Source: a virus
Reading direction: 5' to 3' (one strand)
DNA length: 64,000 nt
Virus record (IMG/VR): IMGVR_UViG_3300042564_003366
Location: 8,400 to 72,399 of that record
A program made the translations under genes and the position numbers. The notes beneath the pieces were generated by a model that saw only the letters and a list, made by a program, of their open reading frames with translations, did no database searches and was not told where the DNA came from. Within the stretch, counting starts at the first letter, position 1. Each line of letters opens with the position of its first letter. Positions 1 through 9,762 of this stretch are shown piece by piece.

Positions 1-2
1 AA

Positions 3-296
3 ATTGTTAAATTTGATATTGTTGTTAATTCTGGGACAACAGGTTACGACATAACATTTATTGCTGACATAGACCAATCCGCTGATTTACCATATACTGG
101 TATAAAAATATTGGGAGGTAAAACATCAGATAGTAATATAACTGAGAATAATTTAAAAAACAAGATTGAATCTTCACAAAATTATAATAAAGAAAAAGAT
201 AATATTATAGTAGCCACTAAAGATATTTCACAGTTTGGCATAAAATATTGTTATGCTAGATATACAAAAATAAATTTATATCCTAAACTTGAATAG
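3..296 (+). CDS. 3' part of a hypothetical protein running in from the left edge
   Basis: The frame of the 111..296 ORF is open back to position 3 (IVKFDIVVNSGTTGYDITF...), so the TTG at 111 is probably internal. Confidence 0.65.
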   Translation: MVKFDIVVNSGTTGYDITFIADIDQSADLPYTGIKILGGKTSDSNITENNLKNKIESSQNYNKEKDNIIVATKDISQFGIKYCYARYTKINLYPKLE

Positions 297-315
297 ATTA
301 TTTTAACATTTAAGA

Positions 316-323
316 TATTTATA
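316..323 (+). promoter_or_regulatory. TATTTATA candidate late promoter
   Basis: Starts 23 nt before ATG 339. Confidence 0.55.
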
Positions 324-338
324 ATAAAAATAATAATT

Positions 339-563
339 ATGAGCATTATTGAAAATCTAAATAATTACTTAGATGATACAAAAAACAAAAAAAATTCATT
401 ACTAGATGATGGTTCACATCAAGTTTGTGATTTAATAACTGGGGAATGTTTTGTTGTTAAAGAAAAAGATGGATTAATTGAACGTAATGATAATAACAGA
501 GTTGCAAATAGAAATGTTAAAGTTAAAACCAATGGTGGTTTAAAAGAACTATTAAATGACTAA
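339..563 (+). CDS. hypothetical protein (74 aa)
   Basis: ATG start, preceded by TATTTATA at 316-323. No recognisable motif. Confidence 0.7.
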   Translation: MSIIENLNNYLDDTKNKKNSLLDDGSHQVCDLITGECFVVKEKDGLIERNDNNRVANRNVKVKTNGGLKELLND

Positions 564-581
564 TTTTTAAAATAAAAAAAA

Positions 582-1295
582 ATGAAGATAGATCAGAAAA
601 TATTAAATGAAATTAACCGTTATCACAAGATAAATAATTATATTACGGAGCAAGCTGCACCACCTCCACCCCCACCACCTCCAGGTGGCGAATTAGACCC
701 AGCAGCAGGCGGTATACCAAATGCACCAGTTACACCTCCTGGCGAGGTATCACCTATCCCACCAACGGAACCAGGGGGTACAGACCCATTAAGTACAACA
801 GAGCCAGAGATTATTGATGTTAACATGGATGATGATGTTACTGCAATTGATGATGAAGGTGGTAGCGAAGAAAGTGGAAATGAAGGTGGTGATTCTGAAG
901 AGTTAGATATCACAGACTTGGTTACTTCACAAAAATCAATGGAGACTAAGCAAAACGAATACTTTGATAATTTATTTGGACAATTAAATAAGTTAGAAAC
1001 AAAGTTGACTGAAATGGATAAGATTTTTGATAAGTTAACAGCAATGGAAACTAAGATTGAGAAGTATAGAGAAAAAACACCAGAAGAAAAATTAGAGTTA
1101 AGGACTTATGATTCATATCCTTTTAATCAAAAGTTATCTGATTTCTTTGATGACAAACAACAAGACATGCAAAAAAGTGGTAAGAATGAATATGTTCTAA
1201 CATCTGATGATGTCATAGATATAAATCCTGACGAGGTTAAAAATACCTTTAACCAAGATTACGAGGAGGACGATTCATTTGATATTAAATTTTAA
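582..1295 (+). CDS. acidic Pro-rich hypothetical protein with coiled coil, possibly head/scaffold-associated
   Basis: Poly-Pro run, acidic linker, heptad-like region (LNKLETKLTEMDKIFDKLTAMETKIEK) and N-terminal ILNE/ITEQ motifs. Confidence 0.7.
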   Translation: MKIDQKILNEINRYHKINNYITEQAAPPPPPPPPGGELDPAAGGIPNAPVTPPGEVSPIPPTEPGGTDPLSTTEPEIIDVNMDDDVTAIDDEGGSEESGNEGGDSEELDITDLVTSQKSMETKQNEYFDNLFGQLNKLETKLTEMDKIFDKLTAMETKIEKYREKTPEEKLELRTYDSYPFNQKLSDFFDDKQQDMQKSGKNEYVLTSDDVIDINPDEVKNTFNQDYEEDDSFDIKF

Positions 1296-1326
1296 AAAAA
1301 AAGGGGTGAATAACCCCTTTTTTTTT
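1294..1326. terminator. intrinsic terminator, potentially bidirectional
   Basis: A9-GGGGT-gaata-ACCCC-T9 hairpin directly after the stop of 582..1295. Confidence 0.8.
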
Positions 1327-1380
1327 GGGATAAAGTTTCCTATACTTGTGGTATTAAATAATTAATCAAAAAACATAAGT

Positions 1381-2241
1381 ATGGGAAGTTTAGATGCCAT
1401 TATGGCGCAGTACGACAAAAATCAAAAGGGGAAGACCCAATTAACGGAAGAGGAGAGAATGAAGAGGTATTTTACATTGTTACTAAGTGAGAAAGAAACT
1501 ACTGGGCAGAGACGAATTAGAATTTTACCGACAAATGATGGTAGCACTCCTTTTAAAGAGGCTCATTTCCACGAAGTTAGAGTTAAAGGTTATACTCAAA
1601 AATTTTATGACCCAGGTTTGAATGACAATGAGGCTTCGCCATTGACTGACATTTATAACACTCTAAGAGCAACTGGTAAAAAGGAAGATGAAGAAATGGC
1701 TAAAGAATATAAGCCAAGATTATTCTATGTATTAAAGGTTATTGATAGAGACCACGAGGAAGATGGTCCGAAGTATTGGAGATTTAAGCATAACTACAAG
1801 AAAGATGGTATCTTAGATAAGATTATTCCAATCATCAGAACAAAGGGGGACATTACCGATATAGATAATGGCAGAGATTTAATTATTGATTTAGTTAAAA
1901 CTAAAACCCCAAAAGGTAAAGAATATACAACAGTTTCGACAATTATGTTTGACGACCCAACTCCATTATCGACTGATGCGGAGTTAGTTAAAAAATGGTC
2001 AAATGATGAATCGACTTGGAAAGATGTTTATACAAAAAAACCAAAAGAATATTTAGAAGCTATTGGTAGAGGGGAGACCCCACAATGGGATAATAATCTA
2101 GGTAAATTTGTGTATTTAAACACAACAAGTGACGATAATTCTTTTGGTGGCGGGGCAACCGTTGCAAAAAATGCAACAGTTCAGCAAACAAGCGTTATTG
2201 TTGATGATGCGGACTATGCTGATGATGATTTACCATTCTAA
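1381..2241 (+). CDS. T4 gp32-like single-stranded DNA-binding protein
   Basis: RIRILP...PF, YVLKVIDRD...GPK.W.F, DITD..NGRDL pattern and acidic C-terminal tail DDADYADDDLPF. Lies next to the recombinase. Confidence 0.8.
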   Translation: MGSLDAIMAQYDKNQKGKTQLTEEERMKRYFTLLLSEKETTGQRRIRILPTNDGSTPFKEAHFHEVRVKGYTQKFYDPGLNDNEASPLTDIYNTLRATGKKEDEEMAKEYKPRLFYVLKVIDRDHEEDGPKYWRFKHNYKKDGILDKIIPIIRTKGDITDIDNGRDLIIDLVKTKTPKGKEYTTVSTIMFDDPTPLSTDAELVKKWSNDESTWKDVYTKKPKEYLEAIGRGETPQWDNNLGKFVYLNTTSDDNSFGGGATVAKNATVQQTSVIVDDADYADDDLPF

Positions 2242-2253
2242 TTAACCTAAAAT

Positions 2254-2310
2254 AGATTTTTTGCGCAAAGTATTGTTTTATGGTACTTTGTGCAAAAAAT
2301 ATCTTTTCTT
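2254..2310 (+). terminator. long hairpin between SSB and recombinase (terminator or regulatory stem)
   Basis: ttttttgcgcaaagta (2257-2272) pairs with tactttgtgcaaaaaa (2284-2299) with one G:U, followed by a T-rich tract. Confidence 0.55.
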
Positions 2311-2325
2311 AAATCAAAAAAATAT

Positions 2326-3330
2326 ATGGCAGGAATAAAGAAAAAAGCATCTGCAACTAGTATTGATGCTATTAAGGATAAGTTTTCTACAAAGACAAAG
2401 TATAAACCAGAAGATTATTATTCGTGTGGTGAGCCTTTTTATAACGCTTGTGGCGTGCCTGGTCCTGTTATGGGGGGTATAAGTATGTTCTTGGGACATT
2501 CCAATACTAGTAAAACAACTGCTATGATATTGGCTGCTGCTGACGCACAAAAGAAAGGACATTTACCAGTTTTTATTATTACAGAGAAAAAATGGAATTG
2601 GGCACATGCTGTTGAGTTGGGGTTAAACGCGCAACTGAATGAAGATGGTGAATGGGATGGTGATTTTATTTTTAATGATTCATTTGATTATATCGAACAA
2701 ATGACTGAATTTATAAATGAAATTTTAGATGCACAAGAAAAAGGTGATTTACCATACTCTATTCTCTTTCTAATTGATAGTATTGGTTCGATACCTTGTA
2801 AGATGACATACGAGGGGAAAGGTGGTAAGATGCACAATGCAGCGGTTTTAGCCGATAAGGTAGGTATGGGGATACATTCAAGGATTTCAAAATCAAAGAA
2901 AGAAGATTATCCTTACCATAATACATTAATTGCAATCAATCAACCTTGGGTTGAATTACCAGATTCTCCATTTGGCCAGCCTACAATTAAAGCAAAAGGT
3001 GGCGAAGCACTTTGGTTGGCATCTTCTTTAATATTCTTATTTGGGAATCAAAAGAATGCTGGTATTAACCATATAACTGCAACGAAAAACGGTAGAACAG
3101 TTTCGTATGCTATTAGAACAAAGGTTTCAATATTGAAAAACCACGTTACAGGTATTGCGTATAAAGATGGTAAGATACTAGCCGTACCACAAGGGTACTT
3201 GCCAGATACAAAAGAGGCAATTGAAAAGTATAAAAAAGAATATTCACAATATTGGAATGGTATTTTGTCTGGAGATGGGGATATTACCTTTTCAGAAAAA
3301 GACGATGAAGACGCTATAATCTTTGAATAA
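2326..3330 (+). CDS. uvsX: RecA/UvsX-like recombinase
   Basis: Walker A-like GHSNTSKTT, FIITEKK, Walker B LFLIDSIG, IAINQ, KGGEAL, KNHV. ATG at 2326 preferred over GTG at 2290, which lies in the hairpin. Confidence 0.85.
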   Translation: MAGIKKKASATSIDAIKDKFSTKTKYKPEDYYSCGEPFYNACGVPGPVMGGISMFLGHSNTSKTTAMILAAADAQKKGHLPVFIITEKKWNWAHAVELGLNAQLNEDGEWDGDFIFNDSFDYIEQMTEFINEILDAQEKGDLPYSILFLIDSIGSIPCKMTYEGKGGKMHNAAVLADKVGMGIHSRISKSKKEDYPYHNTLIAINQPWVELPDSPFGQPTIKAKGGEALWLASSLIFLFGNQKNAGINHITATKNGRTVSYAIRTKVSILKNHVTGIAYKDGKILAVPQGYLPDTKEAIEKYKKEYSQYWNGILSGDGDITFSEKDDEDAIIFE

Positions 3331-3331
3331 C

Positions 3332-4321
3332 ATGAAGAAAACCCTGCTAATTGATGGTAACAACTTATTTACAATAGGTTTCCACGGAGTAAGAGAATTC
3401 TATGCTGATGGTAAGCACATTGGCGGGGTTTTCCATTTTTTAAATACAATTAGATTATTTCTTGAAAAACATAATCACGATAAGGTTGTTGTGTTTTGGG
3501 ATGGCAATGAAAACTCATTAATAAGAAAACAGATATACCCCAAGTACAAGGAGAATCGTAAAATTTCTATGGATGACCACAAGTATGAATCTTATTTATA
3601 CCAGAGAGAAAGAGTTAAAAGTTATCTTGAAGAAGTTTTTGTTAGACAATGCCAAGTGGATCAGAACGAGGCTGATGATTTGATTGCTTATTATACACAG
3701 ATAGCCAAAGGTGAGAATATGATTATATTTTCAGCGGACAAAGATTTAACCCAATTAATTGGAGAAAATGTAACAGTATATTCACCAAGTTCAAAGACGT
3801 ATAGTAAGAATGGGGATTTGATTCATTTTAAGGATATTGACATACCACATAATAATGTCTATATTTATAAAGTAATTGTGGGGGATACTTCTGATAATAT
3901 TGATGGTATATCAAATTTTGGTGAGAAGAAGTTAAAAGCATTTTTCCCAAACTTTGAGAAGAAAGATTACCAGTTGGATGAAATATTAAATGAAGCGAAA
4001 GTTTTACTTGAAGAAAAAAAGAATAAATCTCTGGATAATTTGGTATCAGGTATTAGTAAATCTGGTTTTGTTGGGGGGGAATTTTTTGATAAAATCGGTA
4101 GAATAATTGATTTAAAAAATCCGTTAATAACGGATAACGGTAAAGAAATGGTTAATGAAATCTGCAATGATAAGTTAGACCCAACTGATAGGAGTTATAA
4201 GAATTTATTAAAACTAATGAATGAAGATGGGTTCTTTAAATTCCTTCCAAAGAAGGATGATGCTTGGGTTGATTTTATTAGACCATTTATGAAATTGAGT
4301 AGAAAAGAGAAAAAAAATTAA
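3332..4321 (+). CDS. 5'-3' exonuclease / flap endonuclease (T4 RNase H, PolA N-terminal-like)
   Basis: LLIDGNNL, VVFWDG, YPKYKENR, EADDLIA, SADKDLTQL, GDTSDNIDGI motifs. ATG at 3332. Confidence 0.9.
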   Translation: MKKTLLIDGNNLFTIGFHGVREFYADGKHIGGVFHFLNTIRLFLEKHNHDKVVVFWDGNENSLIRKQIYPKYKENRKISMDDHKYESYLYQRERVKSYLEEVFVRQCQVDQNEADDLIAYYTQIAKGENMIIFSADKDLTQLIGENVTVYSPSSKTYSKNGDLIHFKDIDIPHNNVYIYKVIVGDTSDNIDGISNFGEKKLKAFFPNFEKKDYQLDEILNEAKVLLEEKKNKSLDNLVSGISKSGFVGGEFFDKIGRIIDLKNPLITDNGKEMVNEICNDKLDPTDRSYKNLLKLMNEDGFFKFLPKKDDAWVDFIRPFMKLSRKEKKN

Positions 4322-4340
4322 TAATTAAAACAAAAAAACG

Positions 4341-4796
4341 ATGAAACAAACTGATGTAACAAAAGTTGAATTCTTACTTACGCTTAATGAGAACATTATT
4401 GTTCAAAGATTTTTGAATGTGAAAAACATTAATCCTAATGTTAAGAAATCCTATGAGTTATATGAATCTGTAAAGTATTTTGCAGAAGAATTATCTTGGT
4501 TTTTGAAGAACAAAGCAATTCAGTACTTGACAGAAAATCAATCAACTATTATGATGGATCCAGATGTTATGAATACATCTTCAACAGATGGTGTTGAACA
4601 TTTTAATATTTATATTAAAATAGCAGACCAACTAGTTTCTCATAGGATTATTGATGGTAAGCAATATCCACCTAAAGTTAGATATACTGTTGATGTTAGA
4701 CCTTTTATTAAAGATTACTTAAAAGAGTTAACATCGGTGTTAGTTAGTCCTAATCTAACCCACGAGTATTTAGAGAAAAATTTATTATCTAACTAA
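4341..4796 (+). CDS. hypothetical protein in replication operon
   Basis: 151-aa ORF packed between exonuclease and helicase. Confidence 0.75.
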   Translation: MKQTDVTKVEFLLTLNENIIVQRFLNVKNINPNVKKSYELYESVKYFAEELSWFLKNKAIQYLTENQSTIMMDPDVMNTSSTDGVEHFNIYIKIADQLVSHRIIDGKQYPPKVRYTVDVRPFIKDYLKELTSVLVSPNLTHEYLEKNLLSN

Positions 4797-4809
4797 TAAA
4801 TCATTTTAA

Positions 4810-6177
4810 ATGTCCAAAAATTTTGATTACTTGGGACAAACGTTCCAGTTGCAATTAATTAACCAAATTATTTTGGATAAAGAATTTGCCAGAGCAATAA
4901 TTGATTTTATAAAAGTTACCTATTTTGATAATAAATATTTCAAGTTAATCATACAAATGATTAAAGAATACTATTCAAAATACGAAACATCCCCCAACTT
5001 CGATACTTTGGAAGTTGTTGCGAAATCTGAAATTAGCCAAGAGTTAGCGTTAAAGATTGTGATTGATACTATTACAAAAGTAAGAAACGCACCTCTTGAT
5101 GGGGTAGATTTAGTTCAAGATAAAGCACTGAAATTCTGCAAACAAGAAGAGGTTAAGATTGTGTTAGAGAAAGCACAAAAGGTTATTAATGAGGGTGATT
5201 TTGAATCTTATGACCAATTAGAGGAATTATTAAGATACGCCCTCCAAGTAGGGGTTAAAGAATCTAACGGGTTTGAGGTGTTCAATGATTTGGTTGACGT
5301 TCTTGACGAGGATTATAGACACCCCATACCAATGGGTATTAAGGGTATAGACGTTCTCTTAAAAGGAGGTTTAGCCAAAGGTGAGGTAGGAATAGTATTT
5401 GCAGGTCCAGGTATCGGCAAATCGACTCTATTGACCTTGGTTGCAAATACGGCTTTCAATAATAACTATAATGTTTTGCATATATTCTTTGAGGATAACC
5501 CCAAGATTATACAAAGAAAGCATTTAACTCTTTGGACTAAGATATCCCCAGATGAGTTACCGAACAATAAAGAGATAGTATTTGAGACCGTTAATAGAAT
5601 AAAAGAAACTCATACTAATAAGTTAATTCTAAAGAAATTACCATCTGATACTTTAACTATGAATCAGATTAAGAATCAGATTAGGAAGGTAATTGCTGAT
5701 GGTGTGAAACTTGACTTGGTTGTATTGGATTATATTGATTGCGTTGTACCTGATAGGCAAGGTAATGATGACTGGAAAAATGAAGGTTCGGTTATACGTC
5801 ATTTTGAGGCTATGTGCCACGAGTTAAATATTGCTGGTTGGCTTGGTACTCAGGGAAATAGGGCTTCAATTTCTTCAAATGTTGTAACGAATGACCAGAT
5901 GGGGGGTTCAATAAAGAAAGCACAAGTAGGTCATGTTATCATTAGTATAGCAAAGAGTTTACAACAAAAAGAGATGAACTTAGCAACTGTTGCAATAACT
6001 AAATCAAGAATAGGAAAAGATGGTATTGTATTCGAGAATTGCAAATTCGACAATGAGATGCTTGAAGTTGATACGGATACTACGGCAACATTCTTAGGGT
6101 TTGAAGAACAGCAAGTTGAAAAAAAGAAAGAAAGAATCAAAGAATTGCTGGCTAAGAAGAGTGATAATTTTTTATGA
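4810..6177 (+). CDS. dnaB: DnaB/gp41-like replicative helicase
   Basis: Walker A AGPGIGKST, FFED, Walker B VVLDYID, TQGNR, KSRIG. Confidence 0.88.
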   Translation: MSKNFDYLGQTFQLQLINQIILDKEFARAIIDFIKVTYFDNKYFKLIIQMIKEYYSKYETSPNFDTLEVVAKSEISQELALKIVIDTITKVRNAPLDGVDLVQDKALKFCKQEEVKIVLEKAQKVINEGDFESYDQLEELLRYALQVGVKESNGFEVFNDLVDVLDEDYRHPIPMGIKGIDVLLKGGLAKGEVGIVFAGPGIGKSTLLTLVANTAFNNNYNVLHIFFEDNPKIIQRKHLTLWTKISPDELPNNKEIVFETVNRIKETHTNKLILKKLPSDTLTMNQIKNQIRKVIADGVKLDLVVLDYIDCVVPDRQGNDDWKNEGSVIRHFEAMCHELNIAGWLGTQGNRASISSNVVTNDQMGGSIKKAQVGHVIISIAKSLQQKEMNLATVAITKSRIGKDGIVFENCKFDNEMLEVDTDTTATFLGFEEQQVEKKKERIKELLAKKSDNFL

Positions 6178-6252
6178 TAAAAATATTTTATACTCAAAAA
6201 GTGATACTTTTATTTTTTGTTTTTATATTTATCTTAACCTAATAATAGAAAA

Positions 6253-7233
6253 ATGAAAAAGAATATTTTTGAAAAAAGAGTGAATATTTTGCCTTATGAA
6301 TATCCATCCTTATTAGCTTATAAGGATGCAATAAGACACTCGTACTGGATACATTCGGAGTTCAACTTTACAACTGATATTGATGATTATAAGACAAAAA
6401 TATCAAATGAGGAGAGGGAAGTTATTAAGAGGTCAATGTTGGCTATTGCTCAAATTGAGGTTAATGTAAAGACATTTTGGGCTGACTTATATAAGAGAAT
6501 GCCTATAACTGAAATTGGTGATGTTGGTATGACATTTGCCGAGAGCGAAGTAAGACATAAGGATGCTTATGCTCAATTATTAAGGATTCTTGGGTTAGAA
6601 GATGAGTTCCAGACAGTTATTGAAATTCCTGCCATAAAGAATAGAATTAGTTATTTAGCAAAATATCTGGATGGGACAAGGAGTAAAGAGAATAAGATGT
6701 ACACAAAGTCTGTATTATTATTTTCATTGTTTATTGAACATGTAAGTTTATTTAGCCAGTTCTTGATTATGATGTCCTTTAACAAGGAGAAGAATCTATT
6801 CAAGGGTATTTCAAATGTGGTTGAAGCCACCTCGAAGGAGGAAGAAATACACGGCAATTTTGGGTCAGAACTTATCAATATTATCAAGGAAGAAAATCCA
6901 GAATGGTTTGACGCTGAATTTGAGGCATTGATTGATTCAGCTTGTCATAAAGCGTATGCTGCGGAATGTGGAATACTAGATTGGATATTTGAAAACGGTG
7001 AATTAAGTTTCTTATCAAAAGATACAATTAAACATTTCATTCAGAATAGATTTAACAACTCATTAAGTAGAATTGGAATGAAGCCAGTATTTGAGGTTGA
7101 TTTTGCTGAGATTGAGAAAACGTTATGGTTTGATGTTGAAATTCTATCAACGAAAGAGGGGGATTTCTTTTATAAGAAGCAAATTGATTATAATAAGAAA
7201 AGCAAGAGCATAACAGAAGATGATTTATTTTAA
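6253..7233 (+). CDS. nrdB: ribonucleotide reductase beta subunit, class Id-type
   Basis: Ferritin-like ligands QIEVNVK, ESEVRHKDAY, IEHVSLF, KEEEIH and C-terminal DFFYKK...Y. Confidence 0.93.
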   Translation: MKKNIFEKRVNILPYEYPSLLAYKDAIRHSYWIHSEFNFTTDIDDYKTKISNEEREVIKRSMLAIAQIEVNVKTFWADLYKRMPITEIGDVGMTFAESEVRHKDAYAQLLRILGLEDEFQTVIEIPAIKNRISYLAKYLDGTRSKENKMYTKSVLLFSLFIEHVSLFSQFLIMMSFNKEKNLFKGISNVVEATSKEEEIHGNFGSELINIIKEENPEWFDAEFEALIDSACHKAYAAECGILDWIFENGELSFLSKDTIKHFIQNRFNNSLSRIGMKPVFEVDFAEIEKTLWFDVEILSTKEGDFFYKKQIDYNKKSKSITEDDLF

Positions 7234-7245
7234 AAAACAAATATA

Positions 7246-8871
7246 ATGAATAAAGAAAAATATTATTGGTTAAATGATGAGAGTAGGCTTTTCTTATCAA
7301 GGGGGTATATTAGTGAGACCCCCGAGCAAAGGATTAAAGATATTGCAAATAAAGCGGAAGAATATTTAAAAATTGATGGTTTTGCTGTTAAGTTTGAGGA
7401 TTATATGGCAAGGGGTTTTTATAGTCTTTCTACCCCTGTATGGATTAATTTTGGCAAAGAGAAGGGTTTACCTATATCTTGTTATGGATCCAATATTGAT
7501 GACACATTAGATAGCATTTTAAATGCTGGAAGAGAAATTGGTATGATGTCAAAATATGGTGGTGGTACTAGTGCTTATTTAGGTAACATTAGAGAAAGGG
7601 GTAGTAAGATATCAACAGGTGGGACTGCTGATGGTCCAGTACATTATGCAAGGGTGTATGACACAGTAGTTGATGTTTGCAAACAATCAGAGGCAAGAAG
7701 GGGTGCATGTGCAGTTTGGTTGCCAGTTGAACATGAGGATATTATGGAGTTTCTTGATATTGGAACAGAAGGTAATCCAATCCAGAATTTACAATATGGT
7801 GTTACTGTTACAGATAATTGGATTAATGATATGAAGGGGGGAGACCCAAGTAAGAGAAAGGTATGGGCAAAGATTATTCAAAGGCGTAATGAATTTGGTT
7901 TTCCATATATTATGTTTAAGGATAACTCAAATAACAATTCCCCCTACAAAGAGTTGGGTATGGAGATAACTGCTTCAAATTTGTGTAGCGAAATTCAATT
8001 ATTTACAGATTCAAACAACTCTTTTGTTTGTTGCTTGGGTTCATTGAATTTACTTCATTGGGATGAAATAATTGAGACTGACGCAATTGAGGTTTATACT
8101 ATGTTCTTAAATGCAGTTATGGATGAATTTATATTGAAGTCAGGTAAAATGGCTGGTATGAAAAGAGCTAATAGATTTGCATCACAGCATAGAGCCATTG
8201 GTTTGGGGGTTTTAGGGTATCATTCATTATTCCAATCCAAGTTAATACCATTTGAATCTTTGATGGCAAAGCAATTAAATCATCAAATATTTAAAACAAT
8301 CAAGGAAAAATCAGATGCAACATCAAGATATTTGTTTGAGGAAAAAGGTTATAAATCATTGAGAGATGGATTTGCAAATGTAACATTAATGGCTATTGCC
8401 CCAACCAAGTCAAGTTCTTTTATTCTAGGGCAAGTAAGTATGGGTATTGAGCCAATCAAATCAAATTATTTTATTAAAGATTTGGCTAAATCAAAAACAA
8501 TTTATAAGAATCCATTTTTGGAGATTGAATTGGATAAGTATGGTTTAAATACACCAGATACCTGGGAAAGTATTTTAAAGAAAGATGGATCGGTTCAGCA
8601 TTTGGATTTCCCCACAAAAGAGGTGTTTAAATCATTTATTGAAATATCACCAAAAGAATTGATATTACAAGCAGCACAGAGGCAAAAATTCATTGACCAA
8701 TCACAATCATTAAATTTGATGATACACCCATCAGTTCCAGCAAAGGATATAAATCAATTATATCTATATGCACATGAAGAGGGGGTTAAGACGCTTTACT
8801 ATCAGTTTAGCCAGAGTTCAGCACAATCATTCGCAAGAAATATTAATGAGTGTGTGAGTTGTGAATCGTAG
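7246..8871 (+). CDS. nrdA: ribonucleotide reductase alpha subunit, short, no ATP cone
   Basis: PISCY, SKYGGGTS, ASNLCSEI, VCCLGSLNL, IAPTKSSS, KTLYY and C-terminal CVSCES. Confidence 0.95.
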   Translation: MNKEKYYWLNDESRLFLSRGYISETPEQRIKDIANKAEEYLKIDGFAVKFEDYMARGFYSLSTPVWINFGKEKGLPISCYGSNIDDTLDSILNAGREIGMMSKYGGGTSAYLGNIRERGSKISTGGTADGPVHYARVYDTVVDVCKQSEARRGACAVWLPVEHEDIMEFLDIGTEGNPIQNLQYGVTVTDNWINDMKGGDPSKRKVWAKIIQRRNEFGFPYIMFKDNSNNNSPYKELGMEITASNLCSEIQLFTDSNNSFVCCLGSLNLLHWDEIIETDAIEVYTMFLNAVMDEFILKSGKMAGMKRANRFASQHRAIGLGVLGYHSLFQSKLIPFESLMAKQLNHQIFKTIKEKSDATSRYLFEEKGYKSLRDGFANVTLMAIAPTKSSSFILGQVSMGIEPIKSNYFIKDLAKSKTIYKNPFLEIELDKYGLNTPDTWESILKKDGSVQHLDFPTKEVFKSFIEISPKELILQAAQRQKFIDQSQSLNLMIHPSVPAKDINQLYLYAHEEGVKTLYYQFSQSSAQSFARNINECVSCES

Positions 8872-8892
8872 ATTTGATACAATTTGTTAAAT

Positions 8893-8932
8893 AAAAAACC
8901 CCCAACCTATTAATTTAGAATTGGGGGTTTTT
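8893..8932. terminator. bidirectional intrinsic terminator between convergent genes
   Basis: aaaaaacccccaa ... ttgggggttttt inverted repeat between nrdA and the minus-strand 86-aa ORF. Confidence 0.8.
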
Positions 8933-8939
8933 ATCTTTT

Positions 8940-9200
8940 TTATTTTCCACTCAATGTGTCATAAATACTTTCAAGTTTTTTTACATCAGCTTCACTAAAT
9001 GCAAAATTAGTATTCTCAAATTTATCTTTCATTTTTGAAAGTTTATCCATAATTTTGTTAACCATAGATATTGCTTTTTTGCCAGTTTTTGCTTTACCTT
9101 CTTTATGGTAATCCATAAAAAGACCTTCACTTCCTTTGTCTTCAACAATTCTTTTAACTAGGTTATTTAAACCAGTTTCTGTTAATCTTACTGTTTTCAT
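8940..9200 (-). CDS. hypothetical protein with VRLTE..L..LVKRIVE N-terminus
   Basis: ATG start, own TATTTATA motif on the minus strand (9213-9220) and a terminator downstream. Confidence 0.75.
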   Translation of the reverse strand: MKTVRLTETGLNNLVKRIVEDKGSEGLFMDYHKEGKAKTGKKAISMVNKIMDKLSKMKDKFENTNFAFSEADVKKLESIYDTLSGK

Positions 9201-9212
9201 ATTTTTTTTTTA

Positions 9213-9220
9213 TATAAATA
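9213..9220 (-). promoter_or_regulatory. TATTTATA candidate late promoter (minus strand)
   Basis: Starts 20 nt before ATG 9200. Divergent from the copy at 9262. Confidence 0.5.
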
Positions 9221-9261
9221 TACAATAAATTAAATTCATTTACAAATTTATAAAAAAGACA

Positions 9262-9269
9262 TATTTATA
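9262..9269 (+). promoter_or_regulatory. TATTTATA candidate late promoter
   Basis: Starts 23 nt before the gp25-like ATG 9285. Confidence 0.6.
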
Positions 9270-9284
9270 TACAAACAAAGTATA

Positions 9285-9761
9285 ATGGCTGAAGGTTTTA
9301 CATATGGGGTTGATTTTCCTTTTGACACTTCTCCAAAAGGGGATTCGTTAAAGATGACTGAATATGTTTCAGAGGAGATAAGAGCGTCTTTGTTGCATTT
9401 ACTTTTAACAAGAAAAGGTAGTAGGTATTATCTACCTGATTTCGGCACTAGACTTTATGAATTTTTATTTGATCCTTTGGATGTTGTATCTTTTGATATC
9501 ATTGAAGATGACATTAGAACTGCTGTTAATAAATATATACCTAATTTAGTTTTGAATAAAATAACAATTGAGCCTATTTTAGAAAGTGAAGAGGCTAAAA
9601 CTACCAAATTAAATTTAGATGAAATGGGGTCAAGTTCCGTTGATAAGATTTATAGGTCACCAGGTAAGGGAACTTATGAGAATACAGCGAAAATAAAAAT
9701 AGAATATACAACAACAAATAACACTTTTAGTGGTAGCGATTTTGTAATTATAAACATATAA
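9285..9761 (+). CDS. baseplate wedge subunit, gp25/GPW-like
   Basis: IRASLLHLLLTRKGSRYYLPDFGTRLYEFLFDP...I..AVNKYIP matches the gp25 pattern. Confidence 0.88.
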   Translation: MAEGFTYGVDFPFDTSPKGDSLKMTEYVSEEIRASLLHLLLTRKGSRYYLPDFGTRLYEFLFDPLDVVSFDIIEDDIRTAVNKYIPNLVLNKITIEPILESEEAKTTKLNLDEMGSSSVDKIYRSPGKGTYENTAKIKIEYTTTNNTFSGSDFVIINI

Positions 9762-9762
9762 T

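Noticed and set aside
1321-1350. Bacteroidota sigma-70 promoter (TTTG ... TAnnTTTG) upstream of SSB
   Set aside because: The -7 element is imperfect (TATACTTG) and the spacing to TTTG is about 13 nt, shorter than expected.
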